A program made the translations under genes and the position numbers. A stretch of 64,000 nt of DNA, taken from NCBI RefSeq assembly GCF_009914755.1, contig NC_060926.1. One strand, written 5' to 3'. Positions 42,540 to 58,184 of the stretch are shown in pieces. Source of the DNA: the human T2T-CHM13v2.0 reference genome, Homo sapiens. Position 1 is the stretch's first letter. Each line of letters begins with the position of its first letter. Below the pieces are notes generated by a model, which saw only the letters and a list, made by a program, of their open reading frames with translations, was not told the DNA's origin and searched no databases.

Positions 42540-43189
42540 GGCTTCTTTCTTGTTTTGTTTGCTTGACATTTGGCTTTTTCCTTGCTTTCCTGCAGTGGTT
42601 TCAGCCTGCAAGCCCTTTCATTTCCGAGGGATGGGGTGGGGCAGGGCCATGCTGTTGCGGGTGCTGTGTTCTCCAGGCTGGGAAAGGCAAGGCCATTCTG
42701 GGCCCTGAGGCTGCGTCACCTCCGGTGCCCAACAGGCGGCCACACCACCATGTTCTGCTTTAAACAGGTCATGACTGCGTGGGGCATAGGGTTATTGGGG
42801 CATTGTGTGCAGGACCAAGATGGAAATGGGGGCTGCTCCCCCCAGGCCTCTTCTCCCTCCTGCTCCCTTGGGCCAGGTGGGCAGCTCAGTTGTATTTCTT
42901 GGTTTGGGAAGGGGGAAGACCTGGGGCATTTTGCCATTTGCTTGCCTAGCCCTCACTCAGTATTGTCTCCTGGAAGACTGGAAAGTTCTGGGAAATCTGG
43001 TCCTCATCATAGAATCTGATCTCAAGTAGGTGGCTCCCAGCGCAAAGGTTCCATTTGCCTGGAGAGAGCCTCATGGGGTGAGGAGAAAGGATGCCGGTAT
43101 GTTTTGCCCTTGGGGCTGGCAGCCTAAAGGGAAAAACATTTCTGGTGAAGGAGGCTGCTGCCTTTTGTTATCGAGATTGAACCCTACCA

Positions 43190-44377
<1,188 letters not shown>

Positions 44378-44766
44378 TAAAAGTTAAAGGGGGCGGGTGC
44401 TCAGGAGGCTGAGGCAGCTTGAGCCCAGGAGTTTGAGTCTAGCCTGGGTGACATAGCAAGACCTTGTCTCTTAAAAAACTTTTTTAATTGCTTAAACATT
44501 TTAGTCAAAAAGGCAAAAGGAGACAATGAGTGGGCTGATAAAAAGTTGTTTGTCAGGAATTCTCATTGGTTAATGGAAATAACATTGATTAGTAATTGGC
44601 TATACATTGTTGAACTATAGGGTAAGAGTTATGGCATCCAGAGTGTGTGGCATTTTATAGCTACTTGGTGTCAGTTAGTCTTAGAGCCCACATAGCAAGG
44701 GGCTGTAAGATAATTATTTAGCCCAAGATGGTGGAGAGGATGAGATGTGGCATGCTGTCACTTTTC

Positions 44767-45168
44767 TTATTTTTTTAACTATTACAAAAGTTTATTTAAC
44801 AAAAAGTCTAATATGAAAATTTTCATGACCTGATTTTTACATCATAGTGAAATGGACCCTTTGGAGAGGGGACATGAAAGTCTCCGTTGAACAGCCACTA
44901 TTTACACTTGTTCCAAGGCTTCTGACATGATGATACTATTTCCTCATCTTACCAGCATTGCAATATTGTTCTGTTGCTCGCTAGTTGCCATCTCCACACA
45001 TTCATCTATCACAAGGTTCATAAAGGGATAAATCCTCGCAGCATTCCTTGGACATGTCTGCCACCGTTTAATTTTAGTGATAACTTCTTGTCCATAATTT
45101 TTTCAGCTTGTGAGGGTGAGCTTTGCCACCTGTTCTGCAGTCTCACAGTTGCCTTGAAACGGAATGTG
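44767..45168 (-). pseudogene. SNRPGP7: Processed pseudogene of SNRPG (Sm protein G)
   Basis: Translates to ...[22 protein letters not shown], then in a shifted frame [27 protein letters not shown]. Intronless; ATG lost; several 1-nt deletions; CDS-homologous span ~44902-45129; AATAAA at 44791-44796 (- strand); poly(A) remnant; TSD atgctgtcacttttc / atgttgttacttttc. The parent gene is secure; the copy number (P7) is recalled, not verified. Confidence 0.93.
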
Positions 45169-45274
45169 ATGTTGTTACTTTTCATTGCCTCTCTGGGCCT
45201 GATAACTAAAGAGCATGCAGATAAAAAGGTTCTCTTCTTTCTCATATATTTTGCTACAATAAAAAAAAATTTTT

Positions 45275-45786
45275 AGACCAGGGCAGTGTGACTCATGCCT
45301 GTAATCCTAGCATTTTGGGAAGCTGAGGTGGGTGGATCACCTGAGGTCAGGAGTCGAGACCAGCCTGGCCAACATGGTGAAACCCCATCTCTACTAAAAA
45401 TACAAAAATTAGCTAGGCATGGTGGTGCATACCTGTAATTTCAGCTACTTGGGAGGCTGAGGCAGGAGAATCGTTGAACCCGGGGGGCGGAGGTTGCGGT
45501 GAGCAGAGGTTGCTCCACTGCACTCCAGCCTGGGTGAAAGAGTGAGACTCTGTCTCGAAAATAATAATAATAAAAATAAAAAAAATTAAAAAAATTAGCC
45601 AGGTGTGGTGGAGTATGCCTGTGATCCCAGCTACTTGGGGGTTGAGGCATGAGGATTGCTTGAACCTGGGAGGTCAAGGCTGCAGGGACCTCCACCTGCC
45701 TATATCTTACGCCTTGTAAACTAAGATCATGCCACTGTACTCCAGTCTGGGTCACAAAGTGAGACCCTGTCTCAAAAAAAAAAAAA
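45275..45786 (+). mobile_element. AluS-like element followed by an AluJ-like right arm
   Basis: Full Alu 45275-~45583, then a right monomer ~45585-45786 carrying a short foreign insertion. Confidence 0.9.
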
Positions 45787-46699
45787 GACTGAACCAGGAT
45801 CACGAAGCGCAGAGAGCCTATGCCATCATTTTACCACTGTTCACATGACCCTCTCTACAACAGTCTGACTCCTTCACAGATGGAGATCTCACTACCTGGG
45901 GAGCTTTGAATCTCAAGTGGGAAAACCTGCGCTGGCACCTGGGCGCTAAGCCTCAGCTTCCTCACATCTCAAATGGAAGAAGTAGCACTTGCGCAGTCCT
46001 ACCTCACAGAGCCGCCATGAGGATCAATGAGGTAATAAGCGGAAAAATACTTTTAAACCCTAAAGCACTCTGAACAGATAAGGGATTATTAGCATTATTA
46101 TAATTGCCCACGTAGGTCATCGGCTCCATTAGGGGATCGTTCTGATTGCTGGGAAGTTCCGGCAGAGTTGTGAAGTAGCAAAGTTGTTCTTACTATTACC
46201 TCACCTCTTACTATATATATCTTGGTATGTCTCTCTTCTTTTAGCAACTTCATGCTCCATCCCAACCCTTGTTATCCTGAGCAGTGCCTGTATCTTATCC
46301 TCCTGCTTAGATCTTATGCCTTGGGAACTAAGATGCTACCTCCTCCAGAAAGCCTTCCCAGATACTCCCTCCCTCTCCCCTCACCTGGGCCAGATGAAGT
46401 CTTGGGACCTGTGTGATGCAATGAATATGTAATGAGATCAAAAAGACATAGGTTTGAATTCTGCTGCCATTGTTTACTATTCACGTGACCTTGGTAAAAC
46501 ACAACCTTCTTGGGCCTCAACATCTCCCTGTAAAGTAATGGCAATAAACTACCTAACAGAATGATAATGAAGATTAAATAATATAACATAATCAACAGGG
46601 CTAGAATGTGGAGGATGCTTAATAAATAATGGTTTCTTTCCTTTGAACTCTCATAGCCCATTATCTGAACTTTCAGTCTTGCATTATAGATAATAGTAT

Positions 46700-47640
46700 C
46701 ATTCATTCGTTCATTCAACAATTGCTTAATTGAATATGAAGGCAGTAAGTGTTAAGAAGAAAAACAGAGCAAGATAGGAAATGTGTGCTCTATTGCTATT
46801 TTATTTTGAGTAGCTAGGAAACATTTCATTGATGAGGCATCATTTGAACAGAGAACTGAGGGAGTGAGTCCTGTAGTTACCAGAGAAGATACCAGGACAA
46901 ATGTAAAGTCCCTGAGGCAGGTACATGGTGTCTTTGAGGAACAGCAAGGAAACCAAGGTGGCCAGATCACAGCAAGAGAAGGAGGAAGTGTATAAAGAGG
47001 GGAAGATCAGAGAAGTATCTGGGTCCACATCACCCGGGGCCTTTGTAGACTGTGCTAAGGACTCGTTTCTTTTCCTTGATAAGGTAGAAGGCCAGTGGAG
47101 AGTGTTGAGCAAAGAGTGAAAAACTGGCATAGGTGTTAAAAGGTTTCCTTGGCTGCTATGTGGAAAATCACCAGTACAGGAGTAGAAATAGGAGATCAGG
47201 GCTGAGTGTGGCAGCTCACACCTGTAATCCCAGCACTTTGGGAGGGCGAGTCAGGAGACCAGCCTGGGCAACATACTGAGACCCCACCTCTACAAAATAA
47301 AATAAATAAAATAAAATAAAATAAAATAAAATAAAATAAAATAGATCAATGAGTAGGCTATTGCAGCAATCCAGGTGTATTCAAAACTCTTCTAGAAATA
47401 AGAAAAAAAAAAAAACAGTGGCTTGGACCAGGAAGACAAAGAAAGGCAGAAAAAATGGTCAGATTCTGAATACATTTTAATTTGAAGGTAGAAACAAGAA
47501 TCCTTGTTGGGGTTTGAGGAAAAGAATGAATGCCATGGTTTTTGCCTGGGAACCATTAAGCCGGTGTTTCCATCACCAAGACAGGCAAGTCTATGGGAAA
47601 AAGCAGGTTTAGGTGGGTCAGAGTGGGAATCAGGATTTTT
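46700..47640 (-). mobile_element. L2 fragments with an internally deleted Alu monomer and (TAAAA)n (~47199-47342)
   Basis: cattcattcgttcattcaaca L2 end; L2 body motifs (tttgaggaacagcaagga). Confidence 0.65.
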
Positions 47641-49545
47641 GTATTGACCTAGCTTTTTACTGTTTCCCACACTCTTCCTTTGTTTCTAATGATCCACATT
47701 TGTCTTCTGTATTGTTGCCTTTCAGCCTGAGAACTTTCTTAAGCATTTCTTGTAGTGAAGATGCTAATGGTGAATTCTTTTAGTTTTCTTGTTTTTGGGG
47801 AAATATCTTTGTTTTACCTTCATTTTTGAAGGATATTTCATAAATCTGGGTTTGAAAAGCTGGCTTCTGCCCTCCATGGTTTCTGATGAGAAGTCACCAG
47901 TGATTTGATTTTTTTTCCACCCCATGTGTAACATATCTTTTTTCTTGGGCTGTGTCAAGATTTCCTCTTTATCTTTGATTTTTAGCAGTTGGACTATGAT
48001 GTGCCTAAGGGAGATTTTCTTTGTATTTATCCTACTTGAGGTATGCTGGGTTTCTTGAGTCTGTAAATGCATGTCTTTCACCAAATAAGGGGAAATTTTA
48101 GCCATTGTTTCTTCAAATATTTTCTCTTCTTTTATCCTGTAGTCTTTCTTTTTTCCTTCTGGGGTTTCATTTCACATGTTAAACATTTTGATACTGTTTT
48201 TACAGGCTTTTGAGGCTCTGTGTTTTTGTTGTTGTTGTTTGTTTTCAATCTTTGTTCTCTTTGTTGTGATTGGATACTTTTTGTACTGATCTGATTTCAA
48301 GGTTGTTGACTCCTTTATTATCTGAACACTGTTGTTAAGCCAAACTGGTGAATCTTTTATTTCAAACATTATCTTTTCCAGTTCTAGAATTTCTATTTAG
48401 TTTTCCTCTAAATCAAGTTTCTCTGCTGAGGTTTCCTATCTTTTTATTTGTTGTACATGTATCATCCTCAGCTTGCAAAGCATAGTTATAATAGCTACTT
48501 GAGAATTATGATTTTGTTAATTCCAATATCTAGGTCATCTCAGGGTCAGTCTCTGTTGATTGTCTTGTCTCTTAAAAATGGATCACATTTTCCCTGTTCT
48601 TCATATATGAAATAATTTGGATATTCTGAACATTATGATTGTTAAGTTGTGGAGACTCTGGATTCTGTTATTTCCCCTAACTGCTGATTTTTTTTTTTTA
48701 ATATAGATTCTTAGTTTGTCACTCAGGCTGGAGTGTGGTGGCACAATCATAGCTCACTGCAGTCTCAAACTTCTGGGTTCAAGCGATCTTCCCACCTCAA
48801 GCCTCCCAAGTAGCCACCATGCCTGGCTACATTTTTTAATTTTTATTTAAATTTTATTTTTTGTAGAGAGGTGTCTCGCTATGTTGCCTAGTCTGGTCTC
48901 ACACTCCTGGCTTCAAGTGCTCCTCTGGCTCCAGCCTCCCAAAGCACTGGGATTAAAGGATTGAGCCACTACGTCTGGCCAAATGCTGATTTTTAAATTT
49001 TGTTTTGTTTTAAGCAAGCTATTAACTTGGTTGGATCAAGCTGTAAACCATCTCTTGAGCACCAGTTTAAATCTCAGTTTAGTTTGTACATTCTTATCTG
49101 GGCTGCTTGAGCCTGCCTCATGCATGCATGGACTAGGAATTGGCCAGAGATTTGGACAGTTTATACACAGAATTTGTGGTTCTTCTTCTCTGCGTCTCTC
49201 TATTTATGGATTCTCCCTCTCACTTTCCAATGGCTGTGGTTGCCTCGAACTCTATCCTTTGATTCTTTAGGCCAGAAGGACTGCAGACTTTCTATCATCA
49301 TTTTATCTGCCCTGTGTGACTCTACCATGGCCTGCCTTTTGGATAAAAGCCATAAAAACTGTGAAACTCATCACATATGCATCTTCCTTTTCCAAGTAGT
49401 AACTCCTCTCCAGAAACTGCCTGCTTTTGTTCACACTTCAGGGCCTTCAGGTCGTTGTTTTTCCTATTTTGTTCAGAGTTTATGGTAGTTACCTGTAGGG
49501 GTTTATACAGCAGGAGCTCACTATGCTACCCTGGAAACAGAACTG
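47640..49545 (-). mobile_element. Old L1M 5'/ORF1 remnant (contains AluJ ~48688-48980, - strand)
   Basis: ORF 47764-48105 (-) resembles L1 ORF1p (SRINTKKISLRHIIVQLLKIKDKEEIL...ITGDFSSETMEGR); Alu TSD tgctgattttt. Confidence 0.8.
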
Positions 49546-50036
49546 CGAGAAGTTTTCTTTGGACACATTACATTTCAGATGGTCACAAGATATGCAAGTG
49601 AAGATGTGCACTAGCCAGTTGGATATATGCACCCGGAGCTCTGGAGATAAATCATTTAACATTTGACAGGGTATAGAAGGTATGAAGAGTCATGTGTGTG
49701 GGTAAAATCACCTAGGCCGTGAGTGTAGATGCATAAGAGAAACAGGTCCAGAACCCAGATCAGTGCACTCCAGTGTTTACACACCAGCATGATGAGGAAG
49801 AAGTAAGAATGCAGATGAGAAAGAGTGGGCAATGTCGAAAGAGGAAAACCACAAGAGCGTTGTCTTGAAGTCAAAATGAAGAAAGTATTTCAAAAAAAGA
49901 CAGAGTGACCAACGGTATCAAATGCTGTTAATGGCTTAAGTAAGATAAAGATGAAAAGTTCACTACTGGGTTTAGCAACATGAAGGTCCTTGGTGAACTG
50001 ACAACAGTTTTGTTCCAGTGGAAGACTCAGAACTCA

Positions 50037-50429
<393 letters not shown>

Positions 50430-51744
50430 TTAGATAGAATTGTAGGCAGCTCATTCATAGCAACTGTCAAATCCACACCATCATTTTTTGTCAGTTCCTT
50501 CAGTCTGCAGATGATATTAAAGAAACCTATTCAATAAGTTAAGCAATTCAGGAATATGGAGACAGGGGATACAGACTATGCCACTAATTCATTGCCATAC
50601 CCCAGGCGATCTTATGGAAGAGGCACTAAGGGGCTGAGATGGAGGGATGGAGGGAACAGGACTGGCCATGGGGTGGACTCCAAAGACATGATGCATGCAG
50701 AAGTTCCTGGCTTCCTCCTGGGCTAGGGTGAGGAGTGTGGCCAATATGCAAGTGTCAGGATGGTGGTGGTCACGGTGGGGAGGTATGTCTGCGAATGGTG
50801 GGACACACAGACCTCATTTGAGAAAACGGATAGCAGCTTCCCGAGGAAAGTCTGGAATCTGCCTGTGCACTCTGCTGTGGCCTCTTCGACTCAGGAATGA
50901 AGCCCATCAGAGCTTGGTCCCAGGCCTGGTTGTCACCTTGCTCCCATCAGGATTGCACTTGGTTGCCATCTTGCTCCACCCCTGGCCAGATAAAATTAAT
51001 CTGAGACAGGATTTGGCTCACAGAGCAGGGTTGCCCCCACTCTGTCTCTGACCTAGTGGCTTTCAAACTCTTTTTCACCAATTTTACATCGTAATTTGGT
51101 GCACATACATATATGATATATAGACTTACATAGTATTGAAACAAAACTTTAATGAAACATTTGGTCATTTAATCACTTGTGATGCGCTCTGGTATTTTCC
51201 ATTTTTTTTAATGCTAGTTACAACCAACGAAACTGATTTCATGACTTCTAACCTGTAGTTGGGAAAATACCACTGTAACCACATAGATGACTTTGCTCTG
51301 GTCTGTCTCGTTCTTTCAGGGTGATGAGCAGCATAAAGGTTCCAAGAAGCCTCAAACTGAGTTGATTATCTCGGTGTATCTATCTATTCCCATAGATTAG
51401 CAAATGTGAACTTTAGAGCACATTTATGTAAATGTACTGTTGGTTTCCCTTGACCTGACCTCAAACCTGACTTACTTTTCTGCACACTGAGAGCTACAGT
51501 GCTGAGCTCACCACTTCATTCCTTTGTTCTCTCCTTATCTCATCCACTGCACCTCACATTCCATCTTTCCCCACTCAGTCCCCCTGGGAGCCCTTGAAGT
51601 TAAACTATTTGAATCATAGACTATCACAGGTGAAAGAGACCTAAGAAGTGTTTGATACAGTTATCCCTTTGGTGTAGTTCAATGATCTCCAGTCTCTGCT
51701 TGCATTTCTCCAGTGACAGAGGGCTCACTACTTAGCAAGGTAGT

Positions 51745-51984
51745 TTCTTTCCTTTCTTTCTTCTTTCTTTCTCTCTCTTTCTTTCTTTTCCTTCCTTCCT
51801 TCCCTCCCTCTCTCCCTCCCTCCCTCCCTTCCTCTCTCTCTCTCTCTTTCTTTCTTTCCTTTTGGGCAGATACAGGGCCTTGCTTTGTTGCCCAGGCTGA
51901 TCTGGAACTCCTAGACTCCAGCAATCCTCCTGTCTCTGCCTGCCAAAGTGCTGGGGTGGCAGGTGTGACCCACGGCACCCAGCC
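51745..51984 (-). mobile_element. Alu monomer with an expanded (CTTT/CCTT/CCCT)n tail
   Basis: Pyrimidine microsatellite 51745-51862, then a reverse FLAM. Confidence 0.85.
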
Positions 51985-52626
51985 TCATATTTTCAAAATA
52001 TGCCAGAAAGCTGCATTTTAAAATATAAAATCATCCCATTAAAAAATGCCAACTAATTCAAAATATTTTTTAAATTTTTCATGAGCTGACAGCCCAGGCT
52101 CACTGAAGACACCATGACACTCACATCTGCCTTCAGAGCCCAGTTCTGTGCCCGTAGTGCTGGGAGACTGAGTCTGGGCGGAGCCTGGTAACTTACCCAC
52201 CCAGCTTTTACCCAGGTCTCTCCAGACGTTCTCAAGTCATTGCTGTAGCCAGGGCCAAATTCGAGAAAACAACCACATTTTCTGAAGAGCCAGAGGGAGC
52301 TGGCCTGAGTCTTGCACTAGTGGGTTTTTGTTTGTTTGTTTGTTTTTGGTAAGTGGAGAAAGCAAATGAACCTGGAATACTGTGTCAAAGAAGGCTTTGG
52401 ATGGAATCCGATCCCCTACCCCGGCCAGGGTACTTACCTACTTGCTTCAGTCTTTCCTTAGCTTCTAGCTTCCTGAGTAACTTCCAACTTTCCTTCTCAA
52501 TGACTCTGTTTGCTTATCTATTTGCAAGGTAGTGAACATAAAAATCTTTTTGTGCACTTTCAGATATAAAACATGCAATGACAGGATAAAAATGTAGTTG
52601 CTTATCACAAAATTATAAAAGTATCA

Positions 52627-53040
<414 letters not shown>

Positions 53041-53809
53041 TACATAGATACAGAAAGGTGAGGCATATAGAGGGCAAACCTCCCAGCAAGTCAGGACCAA
53101 AGCTGAGGTGACATCAGGCTCCTGCCCTCAGCCCCTGAGCTCTTTCTTCTACAGTAGGGCTGGGAAAGAAACATGTAAACCTGGGGTGGGAGCAGCGGGC
53201 ACTCAGAAGGTGTGGGGTAGTAGGGGACCCAAAGGGTCTTATGCACACTGAGAGGAGTGTGAATATGCCTACATGTGCCATGTGCCATAGCACACGTTCT
53301 TTGGAGAAGGCACAAGAGATTCACCAAGTCCCACAGGGATGTAGGGAGCTGTGTAATAATGTGAAACCCTCCTTGGAAATTAAGCCATTCATCAATTCAC
53401 TCAGCCATTTTGCTAATTTATGAAATGCAGACTTTGGGCCATACCCCGCACCTCTCCTTTGGGGGAGGCAAAGGAGCAGAAGCCAGGCTGGCTGCCTTTT
53501 TGGAGCTTTCAGCCCTGGGTAGGGAGAAGAATCAGGCCCACATCTAATCAGGAACCAAAGCAGGACCAATCGAGTGGCAGGTGAAGAGCTCAGGCAGCAA
53601 GGGCTTGGGGGTTCAGACACCAGGGTGGTTAGAAAGAGCTTCATGGAGGCAAAGGGCAAGGAGAGGATAGAGTCAGAAGGTGGAGGTCTGGGGCCTGGCC
53701 AACAGGCAGAACAGACTATCAGATGTAGTTTGGGATGTCAGGAGAAGGAGCCTTCATTTCACTCCTTCCTTGTACCAATGGGAGGAGTTTAAATTCTAGG
53801 TCTTCTTAA

Positions 53810-54095
<286 letters not shown>

Positions 54096-55620
54096 TCTAG
54101 GTCTTAATCTACATTCTAATTCATGGCTTTATTCACTTCAACACATTTTTATTGAGCAGCTACTCAGTGCTGCGCTGCTAGGTGCTGGCAACTGGGGCTA
54201 TAGAAAGGCAAAGTTCTCAAGGACTCCTGCATCTATACAAAGACAGACCTATGATCCACAAAAGACTGAGGATCAGGGCTATTCTGGGGGCACAGGGTGC
54301 CAGTGGGCCTGGCCAGAGGAGGGACACCAAGGAAGTTAGGGGAAATGGCAGGGTGGTTTTCCAGGGGCACGGATTGCATTTGAAGTAAGAGTTATCCAGG
54401 CGGGGGAGGAGGGAGGGAAGGGGGTGGTCTCTGCTGAGAAATTACCGTATGCAAAGCCTCATAAATGATGAGTGCTGGGTGCATTTAGTCTAACTGGAGT
54501 ATGAGGCATAAGGGCATGGTTGGGTAGAGGGCAGGAAAGGGGGCTGGGAGATGAACCCCAGAAATGTCCTTTCCATTTGTCTGGGGGCTCCGGGAGGCTG
54601 CTGGACTGCTGATTAACTAATTCCCCAATAAGCCTTCAAGTGAGGCCCAGTCCAGCTGGACAAGAGCTCCCCTTGTCACTGTGTGTGGTGACACCTCTGA
54701 TTTGCCTGGTCATTTAGTTCTTCTCTTAGGAAGAGGGCTGGATAAGGAGAGACTCTGCTCACCGCCTTGAGTGGGTTCTCTTTGCTTTGAGTTGTGTGGA
54801 CTTCTGTGAGTAGACACCTACTGTCCTGGGGGAAGGACAGGCATGATGGGACGGTTTGGACCCCATTCTCACACGTTCCTTTGCAGGTGGAGCTGGAAGG
54901 CTGCTGGGAAGGAGGTGTCAGCTGTGCAGTGGCCCTGAGCAGCCTCAGGAACCTGCCTCCTGCTTGCTGGGGACCATGATTTCTCACATCTCTAAGAGAT
55001 GAAGGCAGATCCTCTGAGGTCAGCTGGTGGGAGAGAACCCTGGGGCCTTAGGAAGGAAACTCTCTGAGCCTGGGAGATGCTGATCCAGTGCCCCTGGCCT
55101 AGCCAATCAGGGCCACTCTGGGTGTGCTGGAAAGAGAGGCTTCTCTTCTCTCCCCATCCTTGGAGGGATTTTGGCTGGATACTGGCCAGCAGGCATTGCC
55201 TTAGTCATAGTGATGGCAGGGAACTGGGACAGCCCTGGCTGTGTGATTTCCACAGCCACCCCCACAGGGCCTCAGTTCTTCAGTTTTCTATCCCAAGGGG
55301 ACTAGTTGGAAGATCACTGACTGCTTAAACTGAGTAAGTCCCTGGGGGAAGGTGGATTTATGGAAGAGCAAATTCTTGAAAAGGGAGAGCGTGGGCTAAA
55401 GCCATGTATTTATTTACTTATTTATTCATTCAATGTTTTGTTTTTTCTTTACTTGTTTAAAAAAAAACACTTCATCTCTTTGAAAAAATAGAAATAATAC
55501 AGAAATCAACAAAGCCAGAAAAATGTTCCCCCTTGCGGGAAGGGTGAGCTACACACCCTGCCCACAAATAGAATGGGAAATGTATAATTTCCTGAAAAAT
55601 GGAGCTAAAGCAGGAAAATC

Positions 55621-55848
55621 GAAGAAGAAGAAGAGGAAGAAGAAGAAGGAGGAGGAGGAGGAGAAGAAAGAGGAGGAGGAGGGAGAAGGGGAAGTGGAAT
55701 GAAGAGGAGGGGGAAGGGGAGGAGGGGGAGAAAGAGGAGGAGGAAGGGGAGGAGGAGAGGGAGGAGGGGGAGGGGGAGGAAGAGGGGGAGAAGAAAGAGG
55801 AAGAGAGAAGGAGAGGAAGAGGAGGAGGAGGAGGAGGAAGTGGGAGGA
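55621..55848. repeat. GA-rich low-complexity polypurine tract
   Basis: ~225 bp of GAA/GAG/GGA repeats with very few pyrimidines. Confidence 0.95.
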
Positions 55849-58184
55849 TATCCTTTCAAAGTTTTTGTTCTGTGCATACAAAAATATGAACACCTTAGGC
55901 CTCTTCCCATGCCAATAGTGTAACTCCACCTGGCCTTTGGCACCATTCATTCTGTTTGCACAGCACGAGAAGAAGGTCTGTGAGGAGCAGCCTGGCTGGT
56001 GGGCAGGTTCTGTCAGTTGCACGAGCACAGCTTCTTCTTTGGCTGTTATTGGGGGTCATCTCTGCTCAGCCAGGCCTTTCCCTGTCCAAGGTCACTCTGC
56101 TGCAGGCACAGGAGGAACCAGAAAAAGGCCAAAGTGGTCTAACACACAGGGGTGAGGTGTGAGGTGAGGTGCTGGGCTGGCCTCAGGGTCGGAAGGCAGG
56201 TGCTGGCAGAGAGGCGTTTGTTGGCTTTGGGCACTTCCAGCCACAGGAAGTGTTTGTTCTTTTCAGGACAGGGGAATCCTTATTTCCATTCAACAAAAAC
56301 ATTTTGTATAAGACCAAAAGGGGTGCAAAGAAGAGTTCTAATTGAGAGGAGTTTGCCAGCTCTAAAGAACGTCCAATTTGGGCGCTGTCAGAGAGACTCA
56401 GAATGTTCTGAAGCTCCACAGTTGGTGAGAGGGGACCAGAAACACACCCCCATGACAGGCACTCCTGAGGACAGACCAGGAGCAGGTGCTGTGCTGAGCA
56501 CTCCATATACCTGATTCATTCCATTCTCACCTCTGAGCTAGGGATCGTCCCCTCCTCTCATGAACTGGGAAAGTTTATTACTCATTGAACAGACTCAGAA
56601 GGATGTGAAGTGACTTGCCCAGGTCCACATGGTTGGAAAGTGGCCAAGCAGGAATTAAGGGCCAAGGTCTCTGACTCCAAAGTGCACCCTTATGTGCATT
56701 TTGCTCTGAGACAGGTGGGGTTCGAGGTGAATCTGGAGGGCAGGAAGGGACTTATCAGGTGAAGGCAGGAGGAAGGCCTTCCAGGCTGAAGGTGCAGCTG
56801 GAACGAAGACACAGAGGCAGCGTGGCCCTAGAACTATGTGGCGGGCTCTGAGGGAATCTTTCAGGTTAAGGCTAGAGGGAGGGCTTGGGCTCAGGATGGA
56901 GGGCCCTGAGGGTCTGGGAGAGGGGCATGTGACCCTTCCAGAAGGCCACAGGCATCATGGGTGAAGGGAAGAGGCCCAAGCTGACAGCACTGAGGAGAAG
57001 CCCGGTGATGAGGGGAGGAAGGGAAGAAGCCAATGAAGAGTGCAGGAGGAGGAGCCTGCTGGGATATGGGCGGGAGCCAGGGCGGGGGAGGATCTGCCTC
57101 CCTCATGTGGCCACCACAGTGTTCTCAGGGATGAACTGCCTAGAAAGGCTTGTCCCAGGCTGAAGGTCCAGCTGGCAGAGCCCAGGGAGAAGCCCAAGGG
57201 CACCCATCATGCCAGCGAAGAGAGCAAGAGGCCAGCTGTGAGGGTGACAGGAAGAGGGAGAAAGGAGTTTGTGAACGGTTCAGGTAGGAGATGACCCTTT
57301 ATCGATTTGGTTGTGGGGATGGAGAAGGGTGAGGTGTGATAAAAGCTGCAGTGCAATGCTTGGATCCTTCCCACAGCCCCCGCCCTGGCCAGGATGTGCT
57401 GTGTGTCTGTGTATCCAGGCATCCTAGTTAGGGCTGAAGGGACCCTCCTCGGGGAACATGTTCCTACAGGATGACATCTGTCCAATGTGGTTTTGGACCT
57501 GTGGTGCTGGCTGGTCCTGGGCCCAGGTCTGTGGGCCTGGATGGAATGAAGCAGCCACACCTGTGTCACCCCATCTCTGGGAAGCCCCACCCCACCTGGT
57601 CAGACATGCCAGGCCAACCCCATACCCATCTTGTCATACCTGAGCTCCATGCCGCTGCCCCAGCTCCTCCAGCAAGGGCACATCACCCTTTCAAGGCCTC
57701 CTCCAATCTCCCCTCCCCAGGCAGCTGCCCCCAGAGTCCCACTTGCACTTGGTGCCTCTGTGTACATTTCCATGCACTTTCCTGTTATGTTTCTAGACTT
57801 TATTATTTTCTGAGTACGTTCATCTTATCTCTCCAGAGATGATGAGATCCTTGAGGGCAGGCATCACATCTTGTCTCTTTTTTGTCTTCCACATAACACC
57901 TAAAATGGGTTTGGCTCACTGAAGGCCCAACACTCACAGAATGTTGAATGAATAGGAATTTCCTTCCACCCACACATGGGCCCTGTGGCTTTGGGGGTGT
58001 GACCCCAAAACATGCCCATGGGATGTGGTGAGATATAAGTGAAGACAGGGGCCCAGGGAGGATATAAGTGAAGACAGGGGCAGGGACGTCTCCTCCATGA
58101 TGGTGCTCTGGAATGATGCTCAGCAGGGGAGGGACCTTGGTGATGATCTCTTCCTCTTTACTGATGGACAAATAAAAGTCCCAG

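Noticed and set aside
45018-45245. ORF containing an Sm-G peptide as a possible functional retrogene
   Set aside because: Native ATG lost and multiple frameshifts truncate the Sm fold.
55549-56028. Poly-Pro, poly-Arg and poly-Glu ORFs
   Set aside because: Translations of the GA-rich low-complexity tract.
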